The notes: a model not told the origin generated them from the sequence alone. A stretch of DNA of 61,084 nucleotides from a virus (IMGVR_UViG_3300032516_003835:1-61084), one strand, 5' to 3'; shown: positions 17,640-27,471, counted from the stretch's first letter. Translations and numbers: made by a program.

Positions 17640-17938
17640 CCTAACCCCTCCGAGCCGCCCGTGAGCCCAGCGGCTTCCCGCGCCTGCTCGGCGTCGAGGT
17701 CGGCGGCCTCAAGGCGGGCCCTAAGACGCGAGAGCCTGGCGACCGCCCTCTCGACCCGACCCTTGAACGTCGCGCCGAAAAGGCGGGCCAGCGGACCCGG
17801 CGCGTAGACGCGCCAGTCGGGGACCTCGCGTTCGCACACGAAGTCGTAGCCGAAATGGTACTTCCGCAGGACCTCGTAGCCGTCGAGCCAGATAACCAAG
17901 CAGCCCTGAGCTGCCTTTGAGCGCACCTCGTAGGCCAT
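17636..17938 (-). CDS. Hypothetical protein
   Basis: SD GGAGGAGG; operon chain. Confidence 0.6.
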   Translation of the reverse strand: MAYEVRSKAAQGCLVIWLDGYEVLRKYHFGYDFVCEREVPDWRVYAPGPLARLFGATFKGRVERAVARLSRLRARLEAADLDAEQAREAAGLTGGSEGLG

Positions 17939-17953
17939 GATCCCGCCTCCTCC

Positions 17954-18250
17954 TCAGAACGGTAGTCCGGTCTCCTTCTTGGCCGGAGGCGCCGGGCTTT
18001 CCACCACTCCGGCAGCCGTCGGTCGGCGCAAGCCCGCCTCCTCCTCGCGTCGCCGGGCCTTGGCCTGGACCACTGCCCGGCTGACCTGGTCCTCCAGTTC
18101 TATCCGCAGACCCGCGATGGCCCCCGGAATCGACTCCGCCTCGCTAAGCGGGATGCTGGCGATGGCCTCGAACTCAACCGAACAGTACTGGGCCGTAGCC
18201 TCAAGCCGCCGGTACCTCACCGTGATCCGCCTGTCCGTATCTTCTGTCAT
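17954..18250 (-). CDS. Hypothetical protein
   Basis: Operon chain; C-terminal LPF motif. Confidence 0.6.
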   Translation of the reverse strand: MTEDTDRRITVRYRRLEATAQYCSVEFEAIASIPLSEAESIPGAIAGLRIELEDQVSRAVVQAKARRREEEAGLRRPTAAGVVESPAPPAKKETGLPF

Positions 18251-18272
18251 CGCTCACCCATCCTCTCCCTGG

Positions 18273-19049
18273 CTACCCGGCCGCCTGACCGGGGTCGTCG
18301 TCGTCCGCTTCGTCGTCCCCGGTCGGAGTCTCGGCGGGCGGCAGACTGGCGAACCATGCGCCGGCTTGCCCCACCGGGTCGGTCAGGAGCTTACCGGCCT
18401 CCTCACGAGTCATGAGGCGAACCGCGACTGAGGCGTGCGCCCATTCGCGGTCGTTGTCGGGCTTGAGATCGAGGAGGATGGCCCGGATTTCCGGGCGGTC
18501 GATCTCCATCTCCGGCTCGGCCGCCAACCACGCTGACCGAAGAGCGTCCAGCGCCGCCTCAACGTCGCTTGTGTAAACGTCATCCTCGCCACTGAGGCAG
18601 CGGTAGACCCGGACCTTGCCGTCCTCGACCGGGGCAGTCCGCCCTCCAAGCAGTTCCCGGACCTCGGCCAGGACGGACGCGGCGAGGGCCCGATGGGCGA
18701 GGCAAGCCGAGCAGGAAGCGGCCGCGCCGTCTCCGGTCGGAGCGGGCCCCGGATCGCCCCCGATGCCCTTCAGAACGCCCTCGTAGATGGTGAGGGCCCC
18801 CGCCAGTTTCGCGACCCGGTCACCGACCGAGTCACCGGAGGCAGTCTCGTAGTTGAAGCTCATCTGGGCCGGGGGGCAGATCCCGACCAGGACCTCGACC
18901 GTGGTGCCGTCCTCGCCGGTGTTCTGGAGCGCCCGGAGCTGGGGCAGACTCTCATCACCGATGAAGACCTCGTTGAAGGCGACCTGGGCCTCGCTCGCCC
19001 CTTTGAGAACGACTTTCTCGACCCGACCGCTGAACCTAACCTCTGGCAC
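18273..19049 (-). CDS. Hypothetical protein
   Basis: Long ORF with acidic tail; operon chain. Confidence 0.6.
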   Translation of the reverse strand: MPEVRFSGRVEKVVLKGASEAQVAFNEVFIGDESLPQLRALQNTGEDGTTVEVLVGICPPAQMSFNYETASGDSVGDRVAKLAGALTIYEGVLKGIGGDPGPAPTGDGAAASCSACLAHRALAASVLAEVRELLGGRTAPVEDGKVRVYRCLSGEDDVYTSDVEAALDALRSAWLAAEPEMEIDRPEIRAILLDLKPDNDREWAHASVAVRLMTREEAGKLLTDPVGQAGAWFASLPPAETPTGDDEADDDDPGQAAG

Positions 19050-19374
19050 CGTCTATGACCCCCTTCGTGAGTCTGGGTTTCCGCCGTTCCCGTCGCTCTG
19101 CCTGAAGCCGACTGGCGAGCCACTTCTCGGCCTCAAGTTTGACTCTCCATATCCCGCCGTCGCGGCACACCCCATGGCCGACATTGCGCAATCTCCCCGG
19201 AGTGAGCTCCCGGGTGTCGTACACGGACCAAAGACCATCCTGAAGGCCGTGGATGTCCTCGCGGACGAACGCCTCATAGGAGTCGGCCCGGCCGAGGCTT
19301 GTAAATGTTACGTGGCTTCGAACTACGGGCCCATCGGTCCAGGTGAAGAGCGAACCGACGAGAGGGGTAATCAT
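19036..19374 (-). CDS. Hypothetical protein
   Basis: ATGA overlap. Confidence 0.5.
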   Translation of the reverse strand: MITPLVGSLFTWTDGPVVRSHVTFTSLGRADSYEAFVREDIHGLQDGLWSVYDTRELTPGRLRNVGHGVCRDGGIWRVKLEAEKWLASRLQAERRERRKPRLTKGVIDGARG

Positions 19375-19883
19375 CGTCCGGCATCCGCGTCGGGCACAAC
19401 CCTAAGGCTTATCGCTTCATTACTAGCTACGGCCAGATAAACCCAGGCTTGCCGCTCCTCGTCGCGGAAGATGGTGATCCACACCCGAGCCGCCCCGGTC
19501 TCCACAACCTGCGAGGCCACCTCGACCAGGCCGGCCGGTTGGTCGGTCTGGGCCCGTGCGCTTACCCCGCACCCCGCCAGAGTCGTGACCAGGACCACCG
19601 CGACGACCGAAAGCGCGAAGGCGGCCATGCTGATGCCGCGCCTCCAGACGCGCGCCCGACCGCCACAGAGAGTGGCGTCGGCGCAACCCAGGACCCGGAG
19701 CATTCGCCCCGCGCCGCAGCAGGCGTACGCCGTGCCGGCTAGGCCGAGGCAGGACAGCCGATCCCTGGGCCTCAGCGTTTTCCTGATCACGCTCCACACC
19801 ATGCCTCCGATGAATCGCCCCGCGAACGCGCAGACGAGGGTCGCTACCGGGATCTGCCAGAGCAGGTGCCAGTACATTCTCAC
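19371..19883 (-). CDS. Membrane/exported hypothetical protein
   Basis: Hydrophobic segments; LAGC lipobox-like motif. Confidence 0.5.
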   Translation of the reverse strand: MRMYWHLLWQIPVATLVCAFAGRFIGGMVWSVIRKTLRPRDRLSCLGLAGTAYACCGAGRMLRVLGCADATLCGGRARVWRRGISMAAFALSVVAVVLVTTLAGCGVSARAQTDQPAGLVEVASQVVETGAARVWITIFRDEERQAWVYLAVASNEAISLRVVPDADAGR

Positions 19884-19891
19884 GCGCCTCC

Positions 19892-20341
19892 TTAGTTGGC
19901 CCGCTTCAGTAGGGCCATATCGACATCGAAGAGCTTCTGGCGGCCGGGGCAGGGCACAAACGGGAGCGGCCGGGCGTCCTCAAGACACCAGCCGAAGCGG
20001 CTACCGACGGCGAACCAGGGGCTCATCCAGTAGTCCAGCCAGCGGGCATCATACCGCTCTGGTCCGGCCGCCCTGTCCAGGACCATCACCAGGTTCGCCT
20101 GGCCGACGATCCCGCCGCGCGGCAGGGCCGACAGTTCGGGTATCCGGATCCCGAACTCGCGCCACACCTCGCGCCGGATCTGCTCGAACCCAGGATAGGG
20201 CTGGAGACCGGCGTGGATGAGTAACTCGCCCCGGTAGGGCGTGGACCAGTCGCGGTTCTCCACGGGCTTGCCCTGGCCGCGTAGGTCCCGGCCCTCGCAG
20301 ATGAGCCAGGCCCACGGCTGGCGGATAGAGATGGTCAGCAT
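19892..20341 (-). CDS. ASCH domain protein
   Basis: ISIRQPWAWLI..G.K.VENRDW.T.YRG.LLIHAG, GGIVG, G.QKLF. Confidence 0.88.
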   Translation of the reverse strand: MLTISIRQPWAWLICEGRDLRGQGKPVENRDWSTPYRGELLIHAGLQPYPGFEQIRREVWREFGIRIPELSALPRGGIVGQANLVMVLDRAAGPERYDARWLDYWMSPWFAVGSRFGWCLEDARPLPFVPCPGRQKLFDVDMALLKRAN

Positions 20342-20342
20342 C

Positions 20343-20846
20343 CTAGCTCGCCTCCTCGATCTCAACCTGTGCCCCGATCCCCTGGAGTTCGCCGATCAGC
20401 GCGGCCACGCGGGCCCGCAGCCCCTCCGGCACGTCCGGCGGTAGCGCGATCCGGACGGAGAGGCCGGAGGGCGGACCCTCCTCCAGGGGCCGGAGCAGGG
20501 GCCGGACCTCAACCTCCGCCCGCTCGTTCGGGCTGTACCACATGTCCGCCCGCAAACTCTTTACCAACACGTCGTCGCGGTAGGCGATCGTGTTCAAGCC
20601 GTCCTCGATCGCCTTGGTGATGTTCAGGAGGTCAGGCACCTGGCCGCGCCGCTCCAGGAACGCCCTCAGAACCAACTGCACCGGGGTGAGGAGCGGCTCC
20701 CGGCAGTGCGGCCGGGCGCACCAGCCGACCGTCTCCTCGTAGTCCCGCGTCTTCCGGGGCGTGTAGACCCTCGCCGATCGGCCCTCGACAGCCACGCGCG
20801 GGCGGGCCTTGGGGACCGGCCGGCCGGGAACCGTGAAGGAGGTCAC
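20343..20846 (-). CDS. rusA: RusA-family Holliday junction resolvase
   Basis: VPGRPVPKARPR, YTP.KT.DYE, PD..NI.KAIEDGLN..AY.DD. Confidence 0.88.
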   Translation of the reverse strand: MTSFTVPGRPVPKARPRVAVEGRSARVYTPRKTRDYEETVGWCARPHCREPLLTPVQLVLRAFLERRGQVPDLLNITKAIEDGLNTIAYRDDVLVKSLRADMWYSPNERAEVEVRPLLRPLEEGPPSGLSVRIALPPDVPEGLRARVAALIGELQGIGAQVEIEEAS

Positions 20847-21640
20847 GACCCCACCTCCTCAAAGAGCCCGGCCTGGACGGGTTCGCCGAGCCGTCTCTTG
20901 CGCGACTTCTCGACAGGGTCGCCCCGCAGCGCGGCGCCCGCCCCGGCCGTCGCGAGCAGGCTCCGCTTCAGAGCCTCGACCGTTCCGAAGCCCCCGTCCT
21001 GGAGGACCCGGCACAACTCGTCCACTACCGGCAGGCCCTCCGGCGTGACCATGGAGAGGATGCCGGGAACGTTCTCCATGACCATCGTCTTGGGCCTCAT
21101 CTCCAGGACCAGGCGGGCGAACTCGAAGACCAGGCTGTTCCGGGGGTCCATGACGTCCTGCTTGCCCGAGATAGAGAACCCCTGGCAGGGCGGGCCGCCG
21201 CAGACGCAGTCGAGCTCGCCCACCTCCAGGCCCAGGGCGTCCAGAATCTCGGCGCCCGTTACCTTGCGGACGTCGCCGAGCCAGAAGTGACCGACGCCGG
21301 GAACATCCGGGTTGTGGCTGATCCAGCCCTGACCCGCCCGGGTGCCGTCGGCGTGCTTCTGGGCGACCTTGTTCGCGCGCTCCCCGTCCTCCGGTGTCAC
21401 GTAGTGGATCTCGCACGGGTAACTGCCGAGGTTCAGCAGATAGGTCAGCATCGAGTAGGGGTCGTTATCCACCCCGGCCAGGACCTCGAAGCCGCCCTGG
21501 ATCATGCCGAGGGTGAATCCGCCCGCCCCGCAGAAGAGGTCTACGCACGTCGGCCGGTGGGCCACCCGCTCGGGGAGCCAGAGGCCCTTGGCGCTCCGCG
21601 CGAACCCGCCGGCGGGGTCGATCATCGGCTCGCCGCTCAT
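20843..21640 (-). CDS. DNA (cytosine-5) methyltransferase, N-terminal half only
   Basis: Motif I DLFCGAGG, IV GGPPCQGFS and VI MENVPG present; VIII, IX and X not found. Confidence 0.85.
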   Translation of the reverse strand: MSGEPMIDPAGGFARSAKGLWLPERVAHRPTCVDLFCGAGGFTLGMIQGGFEVLAGVDNDPYSMLTYLLNLGSYPCEIHYVTPEDGERANKVAQKHADGTRAGQGWISHNPDVPGVGHFWLGDVRKVTGAEILDALGLEVGELDCVCGGPPCQGFSISGKQDVMDPRNSLVFEFARLVLEMRPKTMVMENVPGILSMVTPEGLPVVDELCRVLQDGGFGTVEALKRSLLATAGAGAALRGDPVEKSRKRRLGEPVQAGLFEEVGS

Positions 21641-22662
21641 GGTCCCACCTCCGCCACGAACCGCAGGGGGTTTTCGGGGATTCCCGAAACGCGGCACTCC
21701 CAGTGGACATGAGGGCCGTTCGTTCGACCGGTCATCCCGACCCAGCCGATGATGTCGCCCTGGCGCACGGCCCGGCCCATTCCGGGGATGACCACCCCGA
21801 CCCCCTCGTTGACGGAGCCGAGGTGGCCGTAGATCGTTTCGAGGATGGCTGGCTCGCCGAGCGTCTCGGCCGGAATGTGGACTAGACGGAGATTGAGCCC
21901 GAGAATCGCGTCGTGGGCCGAGGACACGATCACCCCGTCAACCGGGGCGACGATCGGCGTGCCCTCCGGGGCCGCTATGTCGATCCCCCGATGGGGGCCT
22001 AACGGCCCGCCATACCGTTGGCTCATCCGGCCGATGATGGGCAGGGACCAGTCGGCGACGATGGTCCTCTCCCCCGCCGCGGTCGCGAGCGTGGCCGGCT
22101 CCAGATAGCCGTCGAGGCCAAGCACCGGGACGAGGACCTCCACCCCCGCCGGCATGACTCCCGGGCCCAGGGCGTTGGCGGACATGAGTTCGGCGAGGGT
22201 GACGTCATGTCCGGGCCCCGGCAGGCCAAGGTAGGCGCCGGCGCGCTCGGCGGTCCAGTAGTCCGCGAGTTCGCGCAGGGTCTCCCCGCCACGAGGTTGA
22301 TAGATGGCCAGCTCGGCGCCCGGCTCGGGCGCCCGCACGATTGCCCCGTCAGCGAGCGCCAGGCCGGGGTTCAGCACCCGCAGGCAGCGGGTCGTGGCCC
22401 GCGCGGTCTCCGCCACCGAGGCCCAGGTGTCGCGCGGGCCCACCTCGTAGGTTAGCACCCGCACCGCGGCCTCCGCCGGCGTCTCGGGTTCCCGATCGGG
22501 GACCGTCCTTGTCAGAACGCCCTCCTGCCGGGTAGCGAAGGCGGGGAATTCGCCGTAGGGCAGGGCGATCAGGAGCGCGCCGAGAAGCAGGGCTCCGATG
22601 AGGGCCCGGGCCGGCGCGAAGCGGAACCTGATCTCGACCTGGCGTGATAGTAGTCTCGACAA
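21637..22662 (-). CDS. Membrane-anchored LysM-like + M23 peptidase
   Basis: TM segment; LysM-like YEV...DTW.SVA and GGETLRELA; M23 HRGIDIAAPEGTPIVAP..YGHL..GPHVHWE; TTG 22662 with SD GGAGG. Confidence 0.8.
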   Translation of the reverse strand: MSRLLSRQVEIRFRFAPARALIGALLLGALLIALPYGEFPAFATRQEGVLTRTVPDREPETPAEAAVRVLTYEVGPRDTWASVAETARATTRCLRVLNPGLALADGAIVRAPEPGAELAIYQPRGGETLRELADYWTAERAGAYLGLPGPGHDVTLAELMSANALGPGVMPAGVEVLVPVLGLDGYLEPATLATAAGERTIVADWSLPIIGRMSQRYGGPLGPHRGIDIAAPEGTPIVAPVDGVIVSSAHDAILGLNLRLVHIPAETLGEPAILETIYGHLGSVNEGVGVVIPGMGRAVRQGDIIGWVGMTGRTNGPHVHWECRVSGIPENPLRFVAEVGP

Positions 22663-22691
22663 TCTCCCCGCCTCCCTCGTCGGTCTCGGCG

Positions 22692-23036
22692 TTAGGACGC
22701 CAGCGCCACAAGCCGGCTCAGGGCCTGGTCGCAGGAGAGTTGAGCCTGGAGCGTGGCCAGTACCGCCCGAACCGCCTCGTACCCGTCCCGGGCATCCGCC
22801 ACCGCGATTCTCTCCGTGGCCGTCGCCGCCCGGAGTTCGGCCGCCCGGACCTCCGCGTTTTTCCCCACGATGCGGTCCGGGGTCAGCAGTAGTGCTGCTT
22901 CGGTATCCCTCAGCCGGTTCTCGGCGGCCTCCACCTGCGTCGCCCGGTGGAGGACCGCCCTCTCTGCCGCGTCGATGTGATCCGGCAGACCCACCAACCG
23001 TCCGATGAGGTCCGCTCTTTCCTGGGTCACGTCCAT
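22692..23036 (-). CDS. Coiled-coil hypothetical protein (paralog of 33301..33636)
   Basis: Shared IGRL..LP..I..AER.VL and DRI.GKNAE.RAA.LR. Confidence 0.7.
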   Translation of the reverse strand: MDVTQERADLIGRLVGLPDHIDAAERAVLHRATQVEAAENRLRDTEAALLLTPDRIVGKNAEVRAAELRAATATERIAVADARDGYEAVRAVLATLQAQLSCDQALSRLVALAS

Positions 23037-23039
23037 CGT

Positions 23040-25892
23040 CTACTCGACTCCCTTCTGGGCCGCCGTCTGGCAGCCGGTCTTCTTGTCGCAGACCGGGCAC
23101 CGGAACGGGGCCTGGCCCGAGATCACATGGGGGCAACACTCCTGGCCCGAGGTCTGCCGCTCCTCGTTGCAGGTCCGGCACTCCGCCTCGGTCACCGGTT
23201 TCCCGTCCCTCGCCGGGCAGGGGCCGCACGTCGCCCCCACCTCGGTCACGAAAGGGACGGCTTCCTCCTTGGGGGCGGGGACAGTGGCTTCGGGGCAGGC
23301 CGCCGGGCCAGGGCAGCGGTACGGGCCATGGCCGGCGAGGACCCGGACGCAGCAACCCGATTCGGGCCGATTGCCGGTGCAGCAGGTCTTGCACTCCGCT
23401 TCGGTCGTCGCGTCCTTGCTCGCGGGGCAGACGGTGATCGGGGCTGGTTCGGCATCCGACTCCCCGCCGACCGCCGTCGGGCAGATGTCGAGGCCGCCTG
23501 GGCAGTGGAACGGGGCGGTGTCAGACGTGACCCGGTAACAGCACGCTGCCCGCCGTCCCTTGGCGACCCGGTTGCCTCGGCAGCAGGCCAGGCATTGTTC
23601 CGGGGTCGTCAGAGTCTCGCCCTTGGAGCGGAGTGGGCACTTGGTTACCGCCGGATTCGGGCCGTAGCTCGCCTTCTCGACGGACAGCGGGGCGAGCTCG
23701 GGCTGGTCGGCAACGGTAGGCCCGCCCTCCTCGAACTCGGGATGGCTCCGCACCGCGTGGCTGGGATGGATGTCGCAGTGTTTCTGGTCGCAGCGCTTGC
23801 GGTCTCCCTTGCAGTTCCTGGCGGCCTTGGACGATTTGGACTCGGCAGCCTGGGACGGATTGGCCCGGAGGTCGATGGCCTCGGCCTCGAACGCGGCGAG
23901 TAGCGTCCCAGTTAGGGGCTCCGCTCCCGTGTCAAGGGATTCGGGCGTTTCGTCAATGGCCTCGGTCGGAGCGCGGTCTAGCTTGCACGCGTCGCAGTCG
24001 CAGTCAAGATCGTGGGGCTGCCGTTGATGCGCGCGCAGGCACGGCACTAGCTTGCAGTCGGCGCAGTTCCGCTCGTCGCAGCCGCCGTCCTCCGAGGGGC
24101 CAGGGGTAAGGGACGCCCCCTCTTGGTCCGCGGCGTCCGCGTCCGGATCATGGTTCGGGTCCGCCGGCGATTCCGGGTCCGTCTGGGGGTCTGTTTCCTC
24201 CTCCCCCGCCGGGTTCACCAGGCGAGAGGCGTCGAGTGTCACCCCGTCCTCCGGCTCCGGGGCCAGGCCGATGTTGATCGCGATGGTGTTCGCCAGGACG
24301 CATCCCGGATCGGACAGGTAGCCGTCGGCCCCGAGGAGGAGGTATCCCACCGCCAGGGTGGTCAGGGTCCGGGTCGAGAGGCCCAGGAGGGCCTCGGAGT
24401 AGTTCTCGGCCGTGGAGGCGTGGTGCTGGCATTCCAGGAACACGCCACCGAGGACCGCCGCGACATAGTCAAGGCCCGACTCACCCTCCAGGAGGGCAAG
24501 ACTCACCAGGCGCATCTCCGGATGGGAGAAGCCCTTCTGGTTACTCGCGATCCGGTGCCGGAGGTAACTTTCCACCCGGCCGAGGTGCCGCGCCCGGATC
24601 TCGGCTCGCATGGCCTCCTCGACCCTGGAACGCTCCTCGGATTCGGCCAGTTCCCTCACGGCGGCGGCCTGGGTCTCTCGGACCTGGGTCTTGCGGCAGT
24701 CGGACTTCGGTTTCCCGCACAGGCCATCCTTGATGTCGGGACAGGCGGCCGGGCATGTCCGGAGGGGCCGGGGCAGGTAGCCCACGGCAGGCGGGGCGTC
24801 GGCAACCGGCGAGGGTTCCGCGGCCTTCGGGTCCGGCTGGGCCGGGGCGGTTCGCTTGGGTCGCTCCGCAGCGGCCTTGCCTCCGGCCTCCTTCTTCGCG
24901 AGCCAACAGGGCCGGTCCATGCACAGGTTCCGCTCGTAGACCCGCTCCTTCTGGTCGCATTTCCTGCACTCGGGGAACGTCTCGACCCCATCCAGGACGC
25001 GGCCGTTAGCCCAGAGGACCGTCTGGACACGATCCCGGACGATCGCGACGGATACCGATACCGGCTCCTCGGCCGGAGCCGAACCGGGCTGGGGCTCCAA
25101 TTCCCTGGCCACCCGGGCCGCCAGGTCGGGGTAACGTATCAGTCTGTGAGTTTCCAGGGCCGCGCTGGCCGAGAGTATTCCGCAACGAATGAGGTCCTGG
25201 ATCGGATCGGGTAGGGTCAGGAGGCGGCCGCGGTTACTGACCCACTCCTGGCTCTTGCCCCGGATTCGGGCGATCTCGCTCTGTTTCAGCCCGTGGGTCT
25301 CGGCGAGGTCCTTCATGGCCCGCGCTTCCTCCAGAGGGCTCAGGTCCTCGCGGTGGATGTTCTCGACGAACCGGAATTCGGCGATCTGCCGGGGCGTGAG
25401 GTCCCTAACCTGGCAGGGAACTCTCTCCAGCCCGGCCTCCTGCGCGCCAAGTAGCCTTCTGTGACCGGCCACCAGGTACAGGGGTTTCTCGGCCGCCGGG
25501 CCGGTAAGCGTGACGATCAGGGGCTCGATGACGCCGTGGTCTTTGATGGAGGCCACGAACTCCGGCTTGACGGTAGTCGCCTCGCGGATGTTTTGGTCAA
25601 CCTCGATGTCGGTTATCAAGGCATCCTCCGTCCCGACAGTGCGGGGCGCTGGCATGTCAGTCACTCCCTTCTCTGGCTCGCCGACCGCTTTCCAGCCCTT
25701 GAACTTGGCCCGGTCGTCTAGGTCCATCTGGGCCTTGCCCTGGGTCGGCTGCATCGGGAGGGCGGGCGAGCAGACCCTCTGCAGTGATCCGGAGGGCTTG
25801 CGCCGGAACGTCCCCCAGGACCGCCCGCCGGAGATACCGTCATGGACGAACATCTCCCGGCCGTCCGTGTCGAGGTAGGTCCGGGCGCTCAT
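23040..25892 (-). CDS. parB: ParB/Spo0J-like protein with long Cys-rich C-terminus
   Basis: SIK..GVIEPLIV, LVAGHRRL, EN..REDLSPLEEA, HTH QSEIA..RGKSQEWVS; second possible start at 25655. Confidence 0.85.
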   Translation of the reverse strand: MSARTYLDTDGREMFVHDGISGGRSWGTFRRKPSGSLQRVCSPALPMQPTQGKAQMDLDDRAKFKGWKAVGEPEKGVTDMPAPRTVGTEDALITDIEVDQNIREATTVKPEFVASIKDHGVIEPLIVTLTGPAAEKPLYLVAGHRRLLGAQEAGLERVPCQVRDLTPRQIAEFRFVENIHREDLSPLEEARAMKDLAETHGLKQSEIARIRGKSQEWVSNRGRLLTLPDPIQDLIRCGILSASAALETHRLIRYPDLAARVARELEPQPGSAPAEEPVSVSVAIVRDRVQTVLWANGRVLDGVETFPECRKCDQKERVYERNLCMDRPCWLAKKEAGGKAAAERPKRTAPAQPDPKAAEPSPVADAPPAVGYLPRPLRTCPAACPDIKDGLCGKPKSDCRKTQVRETQAAAVRELAESEERSRVEEAMRAEIRARHLGRVESYLRHRIASNQKGFSHPEMRLVSLALLEGESGLDYVAAVLGGVFLECQHHASTAENYSEALLGLSTRTLTTLAVGYLLLGADGYLSDPGCVLANTIAINIGLAPEPEDGVTLDASRLVNPAGEEETDPQTDPESPADPNHDPDADAADQEGASLTPGPSEDGGCDERNCADCKLVPCLRAHQRQPHDLDCDCDACKLDRAPTEAIDETPESLDTGAEPLTGTLLAAFEAEAIDLRANPSQAAESKSSKAARNCKGDRKRCDQKHCDIHPSHAVRSHPEFEEGGPTVADQPELAPLSVEKASYGPNPAVTKCPLRSKGETLTTPEQCLACCRGNRVAKGRRAACCYRVTSDTAPFHCPGGLDICPTAVGGESDAEPAPITVCPASKDATTEAECKTCCTGNRPESGCCVRVLAGHGPYRCPGPAACPEATVPAPKEEAVPFVTEVGATCGPCPARDGKPVTEAECRTCNEERQTSGQECCPHVISGQAPFRCPVCDKKTGCQTAAQKGVE

Positions 25893-26275
25893 CGGCGGGC
25901 CTCCGTCCGGGCCTGAATGTCCAGGACGACCTTCTGGAGTTCGCGGGCGGCCTTGGCCAGGCGGATGATGTCGCCGAGGTTCCGGCCGCCCCGCATGTAG
26001 AGGGTCGGGTCGAGGAACGGGGCGACGGCCTCCGCGTGATCGGCCTTCCGGATGAACGCCTCCAGGGGCATCTCGGCCACCAGGGTGCCGAGAAGCAGCA
26101 GCTGCTGTTGGGTCACTTCGTACTCGGCGGCGGAGAGGGGAACGATCAGGTCCTCGGGGCTCGGTGGCTCCGGACACGGAGTAACCGCCACGGGCAGGTC
26201 GGACGGTTTCGCCGTTGGGTGGCGCCTGCGGATCTCGGCGTCGAGTTTGGGGTCGAATGTGCGCTCATCAGCCAT
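25889..26275 (-). CDS. Hypothetical protein
   Basis: Operon chain; P.LDPTLY motif. Confidence 0.6.
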   Translation of the reverse strand: MADERTFDPKLDAEIRRRHPTAKPSDLPVAVTPCPEPPSPEDLIVPLSAAEYEVTQQQLLLLGTLVAEMPLEAFIRKADHAEAVAPFLDPTLYMRGGRNLGDIIRLAKAARELQKVVLDIQARTEARR

Positions 26276-26462
26276 TGCGGCCCACCGCCTTGTCGTAGGC
26301 GGCGGTCTTCCTGCCGCACCTGGCGGCCTCCGCCATGAGTTCCTGGTCGCCGACGACGCCGGCCACGTGCCACCGTGCGGCGCTGCGTAGGTCTCGGGCC
26401 GCGTCGATGGCTTTCTTGGCCAGTCTCAACCTGGCGACTAGTCCGCTTGGGGTGTCAGGCAT
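26268..26462 (-). CDS. Hypothetical protein
   Basis: MPDTPSG.. start overlaps the upstream stop. Confidence 0.5.
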   Translation of the reverse strand: MPDTPSGLVARLRLAKKAIDAARDLRSAARWHVAGVVGDQELMAEAARCGRKTAAYDKAVGRNG

Positions 26463-26886
26463 CCCGGCCCACCGCCTTGTCCCAGGCCGCCAGGGCCTTG
26501 CGCGCTGCGATGACGACTGGCTGCTGCTCGGGATCGAAGTAGCCCATGTCGCCCGAGTCGGCCAGGTCGTAGTGGTCCTTGATGAAGCCCTTGAGGGCAT
26601 CCGCCAACCCCTCCATCGCCTTCAACCTCTCGACGACTCCCTGGCCGGGGTCGGGGGAAGCGAGGAGATCGCCCATGAACCTCCGGACCCAGGACAAGAG
26701 GTCGTCGCTCAACGTGGGGTTTGTGTCCCGGCAGGCTCCGGCGTAGGCCAGAAGCGCCTCGCGAGCCGCCGGATCCTTGTCCACGCGGAGGACGAAATAC
26801 TCCGCCGCAGGGTCAACCGGACGACCGCTGACTTTCTCGATGACGTACTTGCGATAGAGTCCGCGCTGCGCAGCCATCAATTCCAC
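26455..26886 (-). CDS. Conserved phage hypothetical protein
   Basis: GLY.KY.I.K..G..VD....YFVLR.D.DP.A..AL.AYA pattern. Confidence 0.7.
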   Translation of the reverse strand: MELMAAQRGLYRKYVIEKVSGRPVDPAAEYFVLRVDKDPAAREALLAYAGACRDTNPTLSDDLLSWVRRFMGDLLASPDPGQGVVERLKAMEGLADALKGFIKDHYDLADSGDMGYFDPEQQPVVIAARKALAAWDKAVGRDA

Positions 26887-27140
26887 CGTCCCTTCGGGTT
26901 ACTGACCGGGGCCGATTGGCGGGACGCCTCCGGCGGAGCCAGACTGACCAGCCGGCCGGCCTCGTCCCACCGGGCCAGAACCACCCGCTCCGTCCGGGGG
27001 CAGTGGATCTCGCCCCAGGTCGGGAGGATCCGCCTAGCGGGCCCGGCCGCGAGCCTCTGTCCCATCGCCTCAGCCAGGGACCGCAGCGACGGGCAACCCG
27101 CCCCGTCCCAGGTGCAGGTGTCGATTACGGAGCAAGCCAT
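26877..27140 (-). CDS. Hypothetical protein
   Basis: Operon chain. Confidence 0.4.
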   Translation of the reverse strand: MACSVIDTCTWDGAGCPSLRSLAEAMGQRLAAGPARRILPTWGEIHCPRTERVVLARWDEAGRLVSLAPPEASRQSAPVSNPKGRWN

Positions 27141-27273
27141 CGGACCAACCTCCCAACCTCGACCACTACGGGCGGGCCGGAGCCCAAGAGCAACAGATGA
27201 CCGGTGAAGTAGAGCCAGGCCGCGACAAGGAGAGACCGGATCGCCGCTCGCTCGGACCCTCTTCCCGCCATGG

Positions 27274-27471
27274 TCACGACGACCACGGGACGAGAAACAG
27301 AATGGCGATGATGGCCAGGACGACGCCCGCCGCGACTAGGCCGCGCTTTACCTGCCGGTCGATCGGGATCACCGTCCCCGGATAGCAATCGACGAGCAAC
27401 GCGCACCGCAGACACTCGGCGACGTTTCCTACCTCGAACACCGCCCGAGGACACTGTCGGCAAACGGTCAT
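27274..27471 (-). CDS. Small membrane protein
   Basis: CxxC..C and a C-terminal TM segment; ATGA overlap with dnaB. Confidence 0.5.
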   Translation of the reverse strand: MTVCRQCPRAVFEVGNVAECLRCALLVDCYPGTVIPIDRQVKRGLVAAGVVLAIIAILFLVPWSS

